Of a stretch of DNA of 64,000 bases, positions 39,771 through 49,006 are shown one piece after another. The position numbers and the translations under genes are program-made. The stretch lies in assembly GCA_016699675.1 (NCBI GenBank), contig CP064985.1, forward strand, positions 748,551 to 812,550. The letters run 5' to 3'. This DNA is from Austwickia sp. Lineage in GTDB: Bacteria > Actinomycetota > Actinomycetes > Actinomycetales > Dermatophilaceae. Position 1 is the first letter of the stretch; each line of letters begins with the position of its first letter. The notes beneath the pieces are model-generated. The model ran no database searches. It was not told the DNA's origin and saw only the letters and a list, made by a program, of their open reading frames with translations.

Positions 39771-40154
39771 ATGGACAACGTGCGCGAACTGCGCCGACGC
39801 GAGGACCGGCCCACCCCGGCGCCGGCGGCGCCGGCGGCGCCAGCGGGGCCGGCGGAGCCGAGGAAGCGGGGGCCACTGGCGAGCGGGCCCGAGCCGCTGT
39901 GGCGGGAGGCCATCGGCGAGCAGCTCCGCGCGGTCCGGCAGGCCCGCGGCGAGCGCATCGCCGACGTGGCGGGGCGGGCGGGGATCGCGCCGCAGTACCT
40001 GTCCGAGATCGAACGCGGCCGCAAGGACGCCTCCTCGGAGATGCTCGCCGCGGTGGCCGGGTCGCTGGGGCTGCGGCTCATCGACCTCACCGGCGGCGCG
40101 ACGCGCCGGCTGGCCGACCCGCGCGGCCGCGGCCAGGTCCGCCTGGCGGCGTAG
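39771..40154 (+). CDS. XRE-family helix-turn-helix transcriptional regulator
   Basis: HTH_3 signature (RGERIADVAGRAGIAPQYLSEIERGRKDASSEMLAAVAGSLGLRL). Start at MDNVREL. Confidence 0.65.
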   Translation: MDNVRELRRREDRPTPAPAAPAAPAGPAEPRKRGPLASGPEPLWREAIGEQLRAVRQARGERIADVAGRAGIAPQYLSEIERGRKDASSEMLAAVAGSLGLRLIDLTGGATRRLADPRGRGQVRLAA

Positions 40155-40160
40155 CGCGCC

Positions 40161-40826
40161 ATGACGATTCGGGGGAATCCGGAGCCTGCGGCCACCGCGG
40201 TACCGACGGCAGACGAAGCACCGACGACAGCGACCGAGCCATCCGCACCAGCACCACCGGCCGCGCCAACCGCGCCGGCGCCACCGGCTGCATCGGCGAT
40301 GCCAACCGCGCCGCCACCGCCGGGACCAGCAATGACGCCGCCGGGGGCGTTGCGCCGGCCCGCCCACCGCGTCGATCCCCGCGCCCGCTGGGTGTGGGGG
40401 CTGACCGCGCTGTTCAGCTGGCTCCTGCTGCTCGTCCCGCTCGGGCTGCTCGCCTGGCTGCCCGACGACGCCCCGGCTGAGCTGGGGATGGCCACCATTG
40501 CCCTGGCGGTGATCGCGGTCGTCGTCTGCATGGTCATGCCGGAATGGCGCTATCGGGTGCACCGCTGGGAGGTCACCGACGAGGCCGTCTACACGCTCAC
40601 CGGGTGGATCACGCAGACCTCCCGGGTGGCCCCGATCAGCCGGGTGCAGACCGTGGACAGCCATTACGGCCCGATCCAGCGCGCCTTCGGGCTGGGCACG
40701 CTCAAAGTCACCACCGCGTCCGCGCATGGCGCCGTGGAGGTCGCCGGCCTGCCCCGCGCCCAGGTCGAGGAGCTCGTCGCCCGCCTGACCGCCGTGACCT
40801 CCCGCGACGAGGGGGACGCGACGTGA
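40161..40826 (+). CDS. PH-domain (bPH_2/YdbS-like) membrane protein with a Pro/Ala-rich N-terminus
   Basis: Two TM helices followed by ...WRYRVHRWEVTDEAVYTLTGWITQTSRVAPISRVQTVDSHYGPIQRAFGLGTLKVTTAS... Confidence 0.6.
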   Translation: MTIRGNPEPAATAVPTADEAPTTATEPSAPAPPAAPTAPAPPAASAMPTAPPPPGPAMTPPGALRRPAHRVDPRARWVWGLTALFSWLLLLVPLGLLAWLPDDAPAELGMATIALAVIAVVVCMVMPEWRYRVHRWEVTDEAVYTLTGWITQTSRVAPISRVQTVDSHYGPIQRAFGLGTLKVTTASAHGAVEVAGLPRAQVEELVARLTAVTSRDEGDAT

Positions 40827-42514
40827 CCGACGGCGCCCCGCGCGCTGCGGCCGACGGTGCGCCGAACCCCATGGCCGCCGCCGCGCCGCACCAGGTGCCC
40901 GACGGCGCGCCGGCCCACGTGATCGACGGCGCCCCGCAGACCGATTGGCGCCGCCCCGCGGCCCGGTCCCTGCTCGTCACGCCGCTGCGCACCGCCAAAG
41001 AGCTGATCCCCTCCCTGGCCCCGGTCGTGGTGCTGGCGGTCTCGCAGGGGGGTCAGGCGTATTGGCTGCTCCTGCTCCTCGTCGTGGTCCCCGTGCTCAT
41101 CGCGGTGCTGCGCTGGTGGAACACCGGCTACCGGATCGCCGGCGACCAGTTCCAGGTGCGGCACGGGATCGTGCGCAAGCACCTGCTGACCGCCCAACTC
41201 GACCGGATCCGCACGGTCGATGAGGAGGCCTCGCTGCTGCGGCGCGCGCTGCACATCGTGGACCTCCACGTGGGCACCGGCGCGCACGAGGCTGTCTCGG
41301 TCCACGGCATCGACGCCACCGAAGCCGCCGCTCTGCACTGCGGCCTGCTGGCACGCCGCCGGCACGCCCAGCCGCACCGGCCGGATCTACCGCACCTACC
41401 CTCCGAGGGGTCGCCCGAGCACCCGGCGTACGGTCCCGGCGCCGCGGACGGCGACTTCACCGAGGAGAACACCGCACCCGAACGCACCATCGCCGCCTTC
41501 TCCCCCGCGTGGCTGCGCTTCGCCCCGTTCACGATGAGCGGCGTCGCGACCGTGCTGACGGCCTGGGCGATCGGCGGCCGAATCGTCAACGAGTTCCAGC
41601 TGGGCGACACCGTGACCCCCTGGGTGGACCGGCTGCGCGACGCCACCGCGCAGCTGAGCCTGCTCGTGCTCGTCCTCACCGTCCTGATCGGCGGCCTGGT
41701 GCTGGTGTCGGTGCTCTCGGTCGCGGCGTACTCGCTCGCGAACTGGGGCTACCGCCTCACCCGCCGCGGCGACGCGACCCTGTACGTACGCCGCGGGCTG
41801 CTCACCTCGCGGGCCATGACGATCGAGGAACGCCGGCTGCGGGGCGTCGTGCTGGAACGGCCGCTCCTCCTGCGGATCCCCCGGGGCGCGCGCGCCAAGG
41901 CGCTGGTCACCGGGGGCAAGCGGCGGTCCGAGGAGGGGGCGCGCGCGACCCATCTGCTGGTCCCGCCGGCGCCGGCGGCGCTCGTGCGGGCGGCGGCCGG
42001 GGACGTCCTCGGTACGGCGACGCCGCTGACGGCCCCGCTGCTCGGGCACGGGCCGCGCGCGGTCAGGCGGCGGCACACCCGGGCCCTGCTCGGGCTCGCG
42101 CCGGTCGCGGCCACGGTGGCGGGGGCCGCGTGGTGGTGGCACTGGCCGCGGGGAACGTACGTCGTCGCAGTGCTCGTCCTGGCCCTGGCCCCCGTCCTGG
42201 CGACCCTGCGCGCCCGTTCGCTGGGGCATGCCGTGCTGGGCGACCCGCGCGTGCTGCTCGGGCCCGACGCGGGCTACCTGGTGGGCCGCTCGGGGGCGTT
42301 CCCGCAGGACCGAAGCTGCCTGCGCTCCCGCGCGGTGATCGGCTGGGTGCTGCGGGAGACGTTCTTCCAGCGCCGCGCCGGGCTGGTCACGCTGGAGGCC
42401 ACGGTGGCGACGTCCCGCGGCAAGATCCGCATCCTCGACGTGCCCCGCGCGCGGGCGCTGGAGATCGTCCGCGACGCGACGCCGGGACTGCTGGACCGCT
42501 ACCTGGAACCCTGA
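40823..42514 (+). CDS. YdbT-like membrane protein with three bPH_2 domains
   Basis: Repeated ...GYRIAGDQFQVRHGIVRKHLLTAQLDRIRTVD... modules. GTG start overlaps the upstream stop. Confidence 0.6.
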   Translation: MTDGAPRAAADGAPNPMAAAAPHQVPDGAPAHVIDGAPQTDWRRPAARSLLVTPLRTAKELIPSLAPVVVLAVSQGGQAYWLLLLLVVVPVLIAVLRWWNTGYRIAGDQFQVRHGIVRKHLLTAQLDRIRTVDEEASLLRRALHIVDLHVGTGAHEAVSVHGIDATEAAALHCGLLARRRHAQPHRPDLPHLPSEGSPEHPAYGPGAADGDFTEENTAPERTIAAFSPAWLRFAPFTMSGVATVLTAWAIGGRIVNEFQLGDTVTPWVDRLRDATAQLSLLVLVLTVLIGGLVLVSVLSVAAYSLANWGYRLTRRGDATLYVRRGLLTSRAMTIEERRLRGVVLERPLLLRIPRGARAKALVTGGKRRSEEGARATHLLVPPAPAALVRAAAGDVLGTATPLTAPLLGHGPRAVRRRHTRALLGLAPVAATVAGAAWWWHWPRGTYVVAVLVLALAPVLATLRARSLGHAVLGDPRVLLGPDAGYLVGRSGAFPQDRSCLRSRAVIGWVLRETFFQRRAGLVTLEATVATSRGKIRILDVPRARALEIVRDATPGLLDRYLEP

Positions 42515-42529
42515 TCCGATCAGGTCCGA

Positions 42530-43120
42530 TCAGAGCGACCGGTTGACCACGTGGTCGACCACGCCGTACGCCACCGCCGCGTCCGCCGTCAGGATGAGGT
42601 CCCGCTCGGTGTCGTCGCGCACCTGCGCCGGCGAGCGCCCGGTGTGCTCGGCCAGCAGCCCCTCCAGCAACGTCCGCACCCGCTCCACCTCGTCGGCCTC
42701 CAGGATCAGGTCCGGGATCGCGCCGCGCCCCTCCGCGGCGGGCGCGTGGATGACGACTCGGCCGTGCGGCAGGATCTGGCGGAACCCGGGCGCCCCGCCC
42801 GCCAGCAGCACCGCCGCCGTCGAGACCGCCTGCCCGACGCAGGTGGTCTCGACCCGCGGCCGGACGTATTGCATCGCGTCGTAGATCGCCAGCATGGCCG
42901 GGATCGACCCGCCGGGGCTGTTGAGGTAGAGGCCGATCGGGATGTCCGGGTTCTCGTACTGCAGGTGCAGCAGCTGCGCGATGACCGCGTTCGCGACGCC
43001 GTCGTCGATGGCCGTGCCCAGGTAGACGATCCGGTCGGCCAGCAGCCGGCTGTAGATGTCGGTGGTGCGCTCCCCCGCCGGGGTCCGGGTGGTCACATAG
43101 GGGATGGGGTACCCGCTCAC
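42530..43120 (-). CDS. clpP: ATP-dependent Clp protease proteolytic subunit (ClpP2-like paralogue)
   Basis: ...LNSPGGSIPAMLAIYDAMQYV...GQAVSTAAVLLAGG...HGRVVIHAP... Confidence 0.8.
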   Translation of the reverse strand: MSGYPIPYVTTRTPAGERTTDIYSRLLADRIVYLGTAIDDGVANAVIAQLLHLQYENPDIPIGLYLNSPGGSIPAMLAIYDAMQYVRPRVETTCVGQAVSTAAVLLAGGAPGFRQILPHGRVVIHAPAAEGRGAIPDLILEADEVERVRTLLEGLLAEHTGRSPAQVRDDTERDLILTADAAVAYGVVDHVVNRSL

Positions 43121-43767
43121 GACGTACCCTCCCGCCGCCCGCCCGATGGGATGCCGTCGCCGAGCCCGATCGCGCGAGCCCGCCCCGGCAGGATGAGCGC
43201 GGCATCGGTGACGATCTCGTCGACGAACCCGTAGTCGCGGGCCTGCTCGGCCGTGAACCAGCGGTCCCGGGTCGAGTCCGCCTCGATGGTCGCCACGTCC
43301 TGCCCGGTGTCCTGCGCGACGAGGGCCAGCACGACGTCGCGGGTGTGCCGCAGGTCGTCGGCCTGGATCGCGATGTCCATCGCGCTGCCGCCGATCCCGG
43401 CGGAGCCCTGATGCAGCAGCACCTTGGCGTGCGGCAGGGCGAACCGCTTTCCCTTCGTCCCGGCGCTGAGCAGGAATTGCCCTGCGCTGTAGGCCATCCC
43501 GAGGTTGACGGTGGGTACGTCGTTCGGGATGGCCCGCATGGCGTCCCGGATGGCAAGCATGGCCGGCACCGAGCCGCCCGGGGAGTTGATGAACAGGCGG
43601 ATGTCTGCGTGCGGATCGTCGGCGGCCAGGAGCAGCAGCCCGGCGATGATCCGGTTCCCGTTGCGCTCCTCCAGCGGCTCGCCCAGCAGGAGCGTCCGGT
43701 GCTCCAGCAGGCGCCGCCGCAGCTCCTCGTCGAGCCACTGGCCCGGATCGATGGCGGTCTGTGTCAT
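43117..43767 (-). CDS. clpP: ATP-dependent Clp protease proteolytic subunit (ClpP1-like paralogue)
   Basis: ...FINSPGGSVPAMLAIRDAM...GMAYSAGQFLLSAG...HAKVLLHQ... Confidence 0.8.
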   Translation of the reverse strand: MTQTAIDPGQWLDEELRRRLLEHRTLLLGEPLEERNGNRIIAGLLLLAADDPHADIRLFINSPGGSVPAMLAIRDAMRAIPNDVPTVNLGMAYSAGQFLLSAGTKGKRFALPHAKVLLHQGSAGIGGSAMDIAIQADDLRHTRDVVLALVAQDTGQDVATIEADSTRDRWFTAEQARDYGFVDEIVTDAALILPGRARAIGLGDGIPSGGRREGTS

Positions 43768-43869
43768 GGGCCCACGCTGACCGTCCGGGGGTGGCCGCGG
43801 CTAGCCGGCGCTGCCGTGAGCAGCGCCAGCGTGGGGTTTGCCGTCGGGCGTCGGCCGCGGGACGGCGGG

Positions 43870-44193
43870 TCAGCTGGAGAAGAACAGGCCCCCGAAACCG
43901 CGCTTGCGGTAGGGCTTGCCGTGGTGGTTGCCCCAGCCCGGGCCGTAGTTGCCATGGGCCTGCGGCGGCGGCGCCGACTGGTACTGCGTCATCTGGCTCA
44001 TCTGCGCCTCGAGCCGCGTCAACGCCTCGAGCTCGCCCATGTCGAGGAAGACCCCGCGGCAGCTTTCGCACTGCTCGAGGTGAATGCCGTTGCGTTCGTA
44101 GGTGCGCATGGTGCCGCGGCACTTGGGGCAGGTGAGCGTCGTGGGCCCGTCCTGCAGGGGCCCGGTGGGTGGCTGGTACGGCGGGATCGTCAT
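43870..44193 (-). CDS. zinc-ribbon (zf-TFIIB-like) domain protein with a Gly-rich tail
   Basis: CPKCRGTM...LEQCESCRGVFLD, which is a C4 ribbon. Start at MTIPPYQ. Confidence 0.55.
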   Translation of the reverse strand: MTIPPYQPPTGPLQDGPTTLTCPKCRGTMRTYERNGIHLEQCESCRGVFLDMGELEALTRLEAQMSQMTQYQSAPPPQAHGNYGPGWGNHHGKPYRKRGFGGLFFSS

Positions 44194-44200
44194 CGCCACA

Positions 44201-45190
44201 TCATCTCTCGCTCGGCTGAGCGATGCCCCGGCAGGCGCCCAGCAAAAGCCCGATGGCATCCTCGTCCTCGCGCTCCTTCGGGGGTGCCGCCAGGGCCCGG
44301 GCGGTCACGGTGACCAGGGCGATCCGGGCCGGCCCGTCGAGCCGCCACCACAGCTGCGGGTCCGCGGGGATCCCGGCCGGATCCCCCGTGGGGCGCCGGG
44401 CCCGATAGCCCGCCAGCAGGGCCTGCCAGTCGGGGGTCGGCAGCACCCCGGCAGCCCACAGCGCGCCCGGTCGGGCCAGGTCGAGGACCGGGTCGCCGGT
44501 CGCCAGGTCGTCGACGTCCAGCAGCACCCACGCGCCGGCGCGCCGCCCGAGCTGGCCGAGATGGACGTCGCCGTGCACCACGGCGCCGGCGTTCGACCCG
44601 GAAAAGCCCGAGAGGCCGCTTCCCGCGGGGGCTGTTTGGAGGCCCGTGTCGAGCACGGTGTCGAGCACGGCTGACAGCAGGGTCTTCTCGGCGGACTGCG
44701 GGAGGCGGGCCAGGGCGCGCAGAGCGCGTACGTCGGGGCGCGCCGGCGGCAACCCCGCGGGCGGCGTCCCGTGCAGCCGCGCCAGCAGGTCCCCGAGGTC
44801 GGACCAGGGATAAGCCGCCACGTCGTACGGATCGACGACCTCGACCCGGGGCCACAGGCTCACCAGCCGCCCGGACGGCGCGACCTCCGGGCGCGCGGCG
44901 AGCGGGGCCAGCAGGATCCCTGCCAGGGCGGGGTCGGCCGCGACTCCGAGCCGGCGCGTCAGCAGGGTCGCGTCCGTCCCTGCGGCGTGGATCTTGGCGA
45001 CGAGCTCGCCGAAGCCCCACACCTCGGCCCGCTCGGAACTTCCGGACCGCTCGGTGGGCGTCCGTTCCCGCGTCGACGCCGGGCCGCCGCGGATCGGCTC
45101 GGCCTGGTCGGGCCGTGCACCGACCAGGGCGGCGAGCCAGGAGACGTCATCGGCGCGCCCACGCCGCGCGCCCAGATCCTCCGGCCTCAC
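44201..45190 (-). CDS. aminoglycoside/choline-kinase-like phosphotransferase (APH family)
   Basis: Catalytic VHGDVHLGQL and LLDVDDLATGDPVLDLA motifs. GTG start overlaps the hxlR stop (GTGA). Confidence 0.65.
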   Translation of the reverse strand: MRPEDLGARRGRADDVSWLAALVGARPDQAEPIRGGPASTRERTPTERSGSSERAEVWGFGELVAKIHAAGTDATLLTRRLGVAADPALAGILLAPLAARPEVAPSGRLVSLWPRVEVVDPYDVAAYPWSDLGDLLARLHGTPPAGLPPARPDVRALRALARLPQSAEKTLLSAVLDTVLDTGLQTAPAGSGLSGFSGSNAGAVVHGDVHLGQLGRRAGAWVLLDVDDLATGDPVLDLARPGALWAAGVLPTPDWQALLAGYRARRPTGDPAGIPADPQLWWRLDGPARIALVTVTARALAAPPKEREDEDAIGLLLGACRGIAQPSER

Positions 45191-45528
45191 GACCGGCCGG
45201 GCCACGTCGCCACCAGCTCGGCGTACCGCCGCCCGTACGCCTCCATCTCCCGCAGCATCGGAGCGAGCGCCCGACCGGCGTCCGTCGGCCGGTACCGCAC
45301 CGCCACCGGCGGCCCCGGCGCCACCTCCCGGACGGCCAACCCGCGGGCGCACAGCTCCTTCAGCCGGGCGGACAGCACCGCGTCGGTCACCCCGGGCACG
45401 GCCCGGGCAATGTCGCTGAACCGCTCGGCCCCGCCCAACAGCGCCAGGACCACGGCGCCCGCCCAGGCCCGCCCCAGCACGGCCAGGACGCGCTCGACCC
45501 CCGCGCAGTCGCCCGCCACGTCGGTCAT
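45187..45528 (-). CDS. HxlR-family winged-helix transcriptional regulator
   Basis: ...DCAGVERVLAVLGRAWAGAVVLALLGGAERFSDIARAVPGVTDAVLSARLKELCARGLAVR... Confidence 0.7.
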   Translation of the reverse strand: MTDVAGDCAGVERVLAVLGRAWAGAVVLALLGGAERFSDIARAVPGVTDAVLSARLKELCARGLAVREVAPGPPVAVRYRPTDAGRALAPMLREMEAYGRRYAELVATWPGRS

Positions 45529-45559
45529 CGGGTGCGCTCCCTGGGCTCGGAATAATCGA

Positions 45560-45582
45560 GTAGCTATGACGTTAATAGCTAC
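45560..45582. promoter_or_regulatory. perfect AT-rich palindrome GTAGCTAT-N7-ATAGCTAC in the hxlR/TPR divergent intergenic region (candidate HxlR operator)
   Basis: Direct reading of the sequence. It is the only AT-rich patch in this GC-rich intergenic region, and lies 30 bp upstream of the hxlR start. Confidence 0.5.
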
Positions 45583-45640
45583 ATCGCCAAGCATAGCCCC
45601 CCATGAGGGCGTTGCCTCCCGACCGAACCCGGAGCCCGTC

Positions 45641-46042
45641 ATGATGACCGACCTCGACCGCTACCGCACCGCCGAGCTGCTGTTCTCGCAGCGCCGGTAC
45701 GCCGACGCGGCGCGCGAGCTGACCGCCCTCCTGGGTGCGGACGCTCCGCCGTACGGCGTGGGCGACGCGCCGTTGTTGCTGGCCCGCGCCTACTACCACT
45801 CCGCGCAGCTGCACCGCGCCGAGGAGGCCGCGCGTGGGCTGGTCGCGCGGGACGAGACCGATGCCTACGCGGCGTTGCTCCTCGCCCGCACGCTGACCCG
45901 GCTGGGCCGGCCCGACGAGGCCCGCGGCTGGCACCGTCGGGCCGAGGCACTCGGGGTCCTGGCCTCTAGTAGCGATAAGCCCGAACCCACCGAGACCACT
46001 TCACCGTTGACCCCTATGGACCACGAGGAGACGACCCCATGA
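45641..46042 (+). CDS. TPR-like small protein
   Basis: MMTDLDRYRTAELLFSQRRYADAARELTALLG...AYYHSAQLHRAEEAARGLV... The stop overlaps the pirin start. Confidence 0.5.
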   Translation: MMTDLDRYRTAELLFSQRRYADAARELTALLGADAPPYGVGDAPLLLARAYYHSAQLHRAEEAARGLVARDETDAYAALLLARTLTRLGRPDEARGWHRRAEALGVLASSSDKPEPTETTSPLTPMDHEETTP

Positions 46043-46905
46043 CCATCCGCACCCTGCGCAGCGTCCATTCCGGCGACGGCTACCACTGGGTCGGTGACGG
46101 CTTCTACGTCACCCAGGTGCTGCCCGGCACCGCCGAGCTGGCCGAGCTCGCCGACCCGTTCCTGCTGATGGACTACCACCCGGTGAAGGAGTACCCGCCC
46201 ACCGACCGGCCCCGCGGCGTCGGCGCACACCCGCACCGCGGGTTCGAGACCGTCACTATCGCGTTCGAAGGCGCCGTGCAGCACCACGACTCGACCGGCG
46301 CCGGCGGGGTCATCTACCCGGGTGACTGCCAGTGGATGACGGCGGCGCGCGGGATCCTGCACAAGGAGTACCACGAGACGCAGTGGGCCCAGACCGGCGG
46401 CCGGTTCCACATGATGCAGCTGTGGGTGAACCTCCCCGCCGCGCACAAGATGGACGCCCCTCGCTACCAGGCGCTCACGGCCGAGTCGCTCGGCAAGGTC
46501 AAGCTCACCGACGGCGGGCAGGTCAACCTGTACGCCGGGGAGCTGGACGGCGAGCACGGCCCGGCGCGCACCGCGACCCCGATCAACCTCTGGGACATCC
46601 ACCTGGGGCCGGGCGAGGACACGACCCTGGCCGTCCCCGACGGCCACACCACGATGCTCTTCGTCGTCGACGGCGAGGTGGCGACCGACGGTGGTCGGCT
46701 CGACACGCAGCAGTTGGGGCTGTTCGAACGGTCCGGCGACGAGCTGCGACTGCGCGCCGGCGAGCTGGGGGCCCGGGCGCTGCTGCTGGGCGGGGAACCG
46801 ATCGGCGAGCCCACCGTCTCGTACGGCCCGTTCGTCATGAACACCGAAGCGGAGATCGTCCAGGCGGTCCAGGACTTCAACGCGGGGACGTTCGGCCGCC
46901 TCTAG
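46039..46905 (+). CDS. pirin-family (cupin) protein
   Basis: ...HPHRGFETVTIAFEGAVQHHDSTG... pirin N-terminal motif. Confidence 0.8.
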   Translation: MTIRTLRSVHSGDGYHWVGDGFYVTQVLPGTAELAELADPFLLMDYHPVKEYPPTDRPRGVGAHPHRGFETVTIAFEGAVQHHDSTGAGGVIYPGDCQWMTAARGILHKEYHETQWAQTGGRFHMMQLWVNLPAAHKMDAPRYQALTAESLGKVKLTDGGQVNLYAGELDGEHGPARTATPINLWDIHLGPGEDTTLAVPDGHTTMLFVVDGEVATDGGRLDTQQLGLFERSGDELRLRAGELGARALLLGGEPIGEPTVSYGPFVMNTEAEIVQAVQDFNAGTFGRL

Positions 46906-46933
46906 GCCGTGGCATCGGCTCCTCCACCCCTTC

Positions 46934-46977
46934 TGACTGGGGCGTTATGCGATCCCCGGAGCGCATAACGCCCCAGT
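46934..46977. terminator. perfect 17-bp stem hairpin GACTGGGGCGTTATGCG-N10-CGCATAACGCCCCAGTC (intrinsic terminator-like, no T tract)
   Basis: Direct reading of the sequence. Lies immediately 3' of pirin. Confidence 0.5.
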
Positions 46978-47078
46978 CACATGTCCCGGGCCGGGACCGC
47001 TCGGCATCGTCGCTGGTCCCTAAACTGACCGCCGTGTCCCCCGCCGATGCCGTCTCCCAGCCGCCATCAGCTCCGTCG

Positions 47079-47846
47079 GTGCTGATCCTCGGCGGGACCA
47101 CCGAGGGCCGCGAGCTGGCCGAGGCCCTCGCCGCGGACGGCTGGGACGTCGTCACGTCGCTGGCCGGACGCACCGCGGCGCCCGTCCGGCCGGCGGGTCG
47201 GGTCCGCACCGGCGGCTTCGGGGGCCCGGCGGGCCTGCGCGACTGGCTGGCCGCCCACCGGCCGGCCTGTGTCGTCGACGCCACCCACCCGTTCGCCACC
47301 GGCATCTCCGCGAACGCCGCGCCCGCCTGCGCCGACGCCGGCGTCCCGCTCCTCCACCTGCGGCGCCCCAGCTGGGCCCAGACCCATCCCGATGCCGCCG
47401 GGTGGACCTGGGCCGCCGACCACGCGGACGCCGCCGCCCGGGCCCGCGCCCTCAACTCCGACGTCGGCGGCGCCGTCCTCCTCGCCGTCGGGCGGCAGGC
47501 CACCCCGCGGTATGTGCCCGCCCTCGTTGACCGTCCCGTCGTGGCCCGGGTCGCCGAGGCCGGCGACCTGCGCGTGCCGCCCGGCTGGCGACTGCTGCAG
47601 TCCCGGGGGCCGTTCTCGGCCGACGGCGAGCGGGAGCTGTTCGCCCGCGAGCGCATCCGCCTGGTCGTCAGCAAGGACTCAGGCGGCGCGGCCACCGCGG
47701 CGAAGCTGGACGTCGCCGCGGAGACGGGCGCAGCCGTCGTGATGGTGCGCCGGCCGCCCACGCCCCCCGGTGTCGCCGCCGAGGTCGGGGATGCCGCCGC
47801 CGCGCGCCGCTGGTGCGCCGGGCTCCGGGGCGCCCCGGGACGCTGA
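47079..47846 (+). CDS. cobK: precorrin-6A / cobalt-precorrin-6A reductase (CobK/CbiJ)
   Basis: VLILGGTTEGRELAEAL... N-terminus and ...RIRLVVSKDSGGAATAAKLDVA... The start is uncertain (GTG 47079 or 47033). Confidence 0.7.
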   Translation: MLILGGTTEGRELAEALAADGWDVVTSLAGRTAAPVRPAGRVRTGGFGGPAGLRDWLAAHRPACVVDATHPFATGISANAAPACADAGVPLLHLRRPSWAQTHPDAAGWTWAADHADAAARARALNSDVGGAVLLAVGRQATPRYVPALVDRPVVARVAEAGDLRVPPGWRLLQSRGPFSADGERELFARERIRLVVSKDSGGAATAAKLDVAAETGAAVVMVRRPPTPPGVAAEVGDAAAARRWCAGLRGAPGR

Positions 47847-47975
47847 GTCGAAGCCGCAGGCGCTGGGCCGAAGCCGAGCCGAGCCGAACCCATGGGCGGG
47901 CCTGGGGTGAGCCAGGCGGCGTCAGCACCGGCCCACCGGAGCCGACTGGAACAGCACCAACTTCAGGAGGCAACG

Positions 47976-48074
47976 ATGACCGGTCGCACGCTCAAGATCA
48001 TGTCCTTCGCTCTGGCCGCGGTCGGCCTCGCCCACGTGTGGGTCAAGCCGGCCATCATCATCATCGGGAGCTGA
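47976..48074 (+). CDS. 32-aa hydrophobic peptide ORF with a canonical AGGAGG Shine-Dalgarno sequence
   Basis: AGGAGG lies 5 nt upstream of the ATG. Protein MTGRTLKIMSFALAAVGLAHVWVKPAIIIIGS. Four consecutive ATC codons. Confidence 0.4.
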   Translation: MTGRTLKIMSFALAAVGLAHVWVKPAIIIIGS

Positions 48075-48098
48075 CGTTCCGGCGACCGACGACCGCTG

Positions 48099-49004
48099 CT
48101 AGCCGCGAGTCGGGAGCCGCGCCGAGAGCCACGCAAACCACGGCTCGTACGACGTGAGGTCCCGGCTCGTCACCGGCAGCACGGTCGCCGCCGGATTGAC
48201 CCGGGCCAGGTGGGCGCGGAAGTCCTCCGGGTCCGCGTCGAGGTAGGGCACCAGGTCCATCTTGTTGAGCAGGACCAACTCGCACGCCCGGAACATCACC
48301 GGGTACTTCAGCGGCTTCTCCTCGCCCTCCGTGATCGCATAGACCATCACGCTGTGGTGCGCCCCCACGTCGAACTCCGCCGGACAGACCAGATTGCCGA
48401 CGTTCTCGACGAAGACCACGTCGAGGCTGTCGAGGTCGAGCCGGCGGAGCGCGTGCGCCACCATCGGCGCGTCCAGGTGGCACTCCCCGCCGAAGCCCGC
48501 ACCGGTGTTGAGCAGCGAGACCTGCGCCCCGTACCCCGCCAGCCGCTCCGCGTCCAGGCTCGTCTCGATGTCGCCCTCGATCACGCCGGCCCGGATGCCG
48601 GCGTCCCGGCACCACGCCAGCGTGGCCGCCAGCACGGTGGTCTTGCCGGCGCCCGGGGAACTCATCACGTTGATCACGACGACGCCGGCCGCGTCGAACG
48701 CCGCCCGGTTCCCGTCCGCGGCGCGATCGTTCTCCGCGAAAATGCTCGTCAGTACGGCGACGCGGGTGGTGCCGGTCTCGTACGCCGAGTGGTCCCCGAC
48801 CTCCCGTTCCCGCGCTTCGGGGTGTTCGGGACTGGCACCGCCCCGGCGGGGCGCCGGCCCCAGGCCGTGCTTGTGACCGCCGGGGTCGTGGTCGTGGTGC
48901 CGATCGACGTGCTCGTGATCGACGTGGTCGTGATCTTCGTGGTCATGCTCGTGATCGTCGTGCGCGTGGGTCGTGCCGTCCGCGTGGCGGTGGAACCGGC
49001 CCAT
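48099..49004 (-). CDS. hypB: hydrogenase nickel-incorporation GTPase HypB with a His-rich N-terminus
   Basis: HDDHEHDHEDHDHVDHEHVDRHHDHD tract. P-loop GSPGAGKTT. ...ENVGNLVCPAEFD... Confidence 0.85.
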   Translation of the reverse strand: MGRFHRHADGTTHAHDDHEHDHEDHDHVDHEHVDRHHDHDPGGHKHGLGPAPRRGGASPEHPEAREREVGDHSAYETGTTRVAVLTSIFAENDRAADGNRAAFDAAGVVVINVMSSPGAGKTTVLAATLAWCRDAGIRAGVIEGDIETSLDAERLAGYGAQVSLLNTGAGFGGECHLDAPMVAHALRRLDLDSLDVVFVENVGNLVCPAEFDVGAHHSVMVYAITEGEEKPLKYPVMFRACELVLLNKMDLVPYLDADPEDFRAHLARVNPAATVLPVTSRDLTSYEPWFAWLSARLPTRG

Positions 49005-49006
49005 CC

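Noticed and set aside
46978-47078. Cobalamin riboswitch upstream of cobK
   Set aside because: The leader is only about 100 nt and lacks a B12-box (GCCACTG-like) or conserved riboswitch helices.
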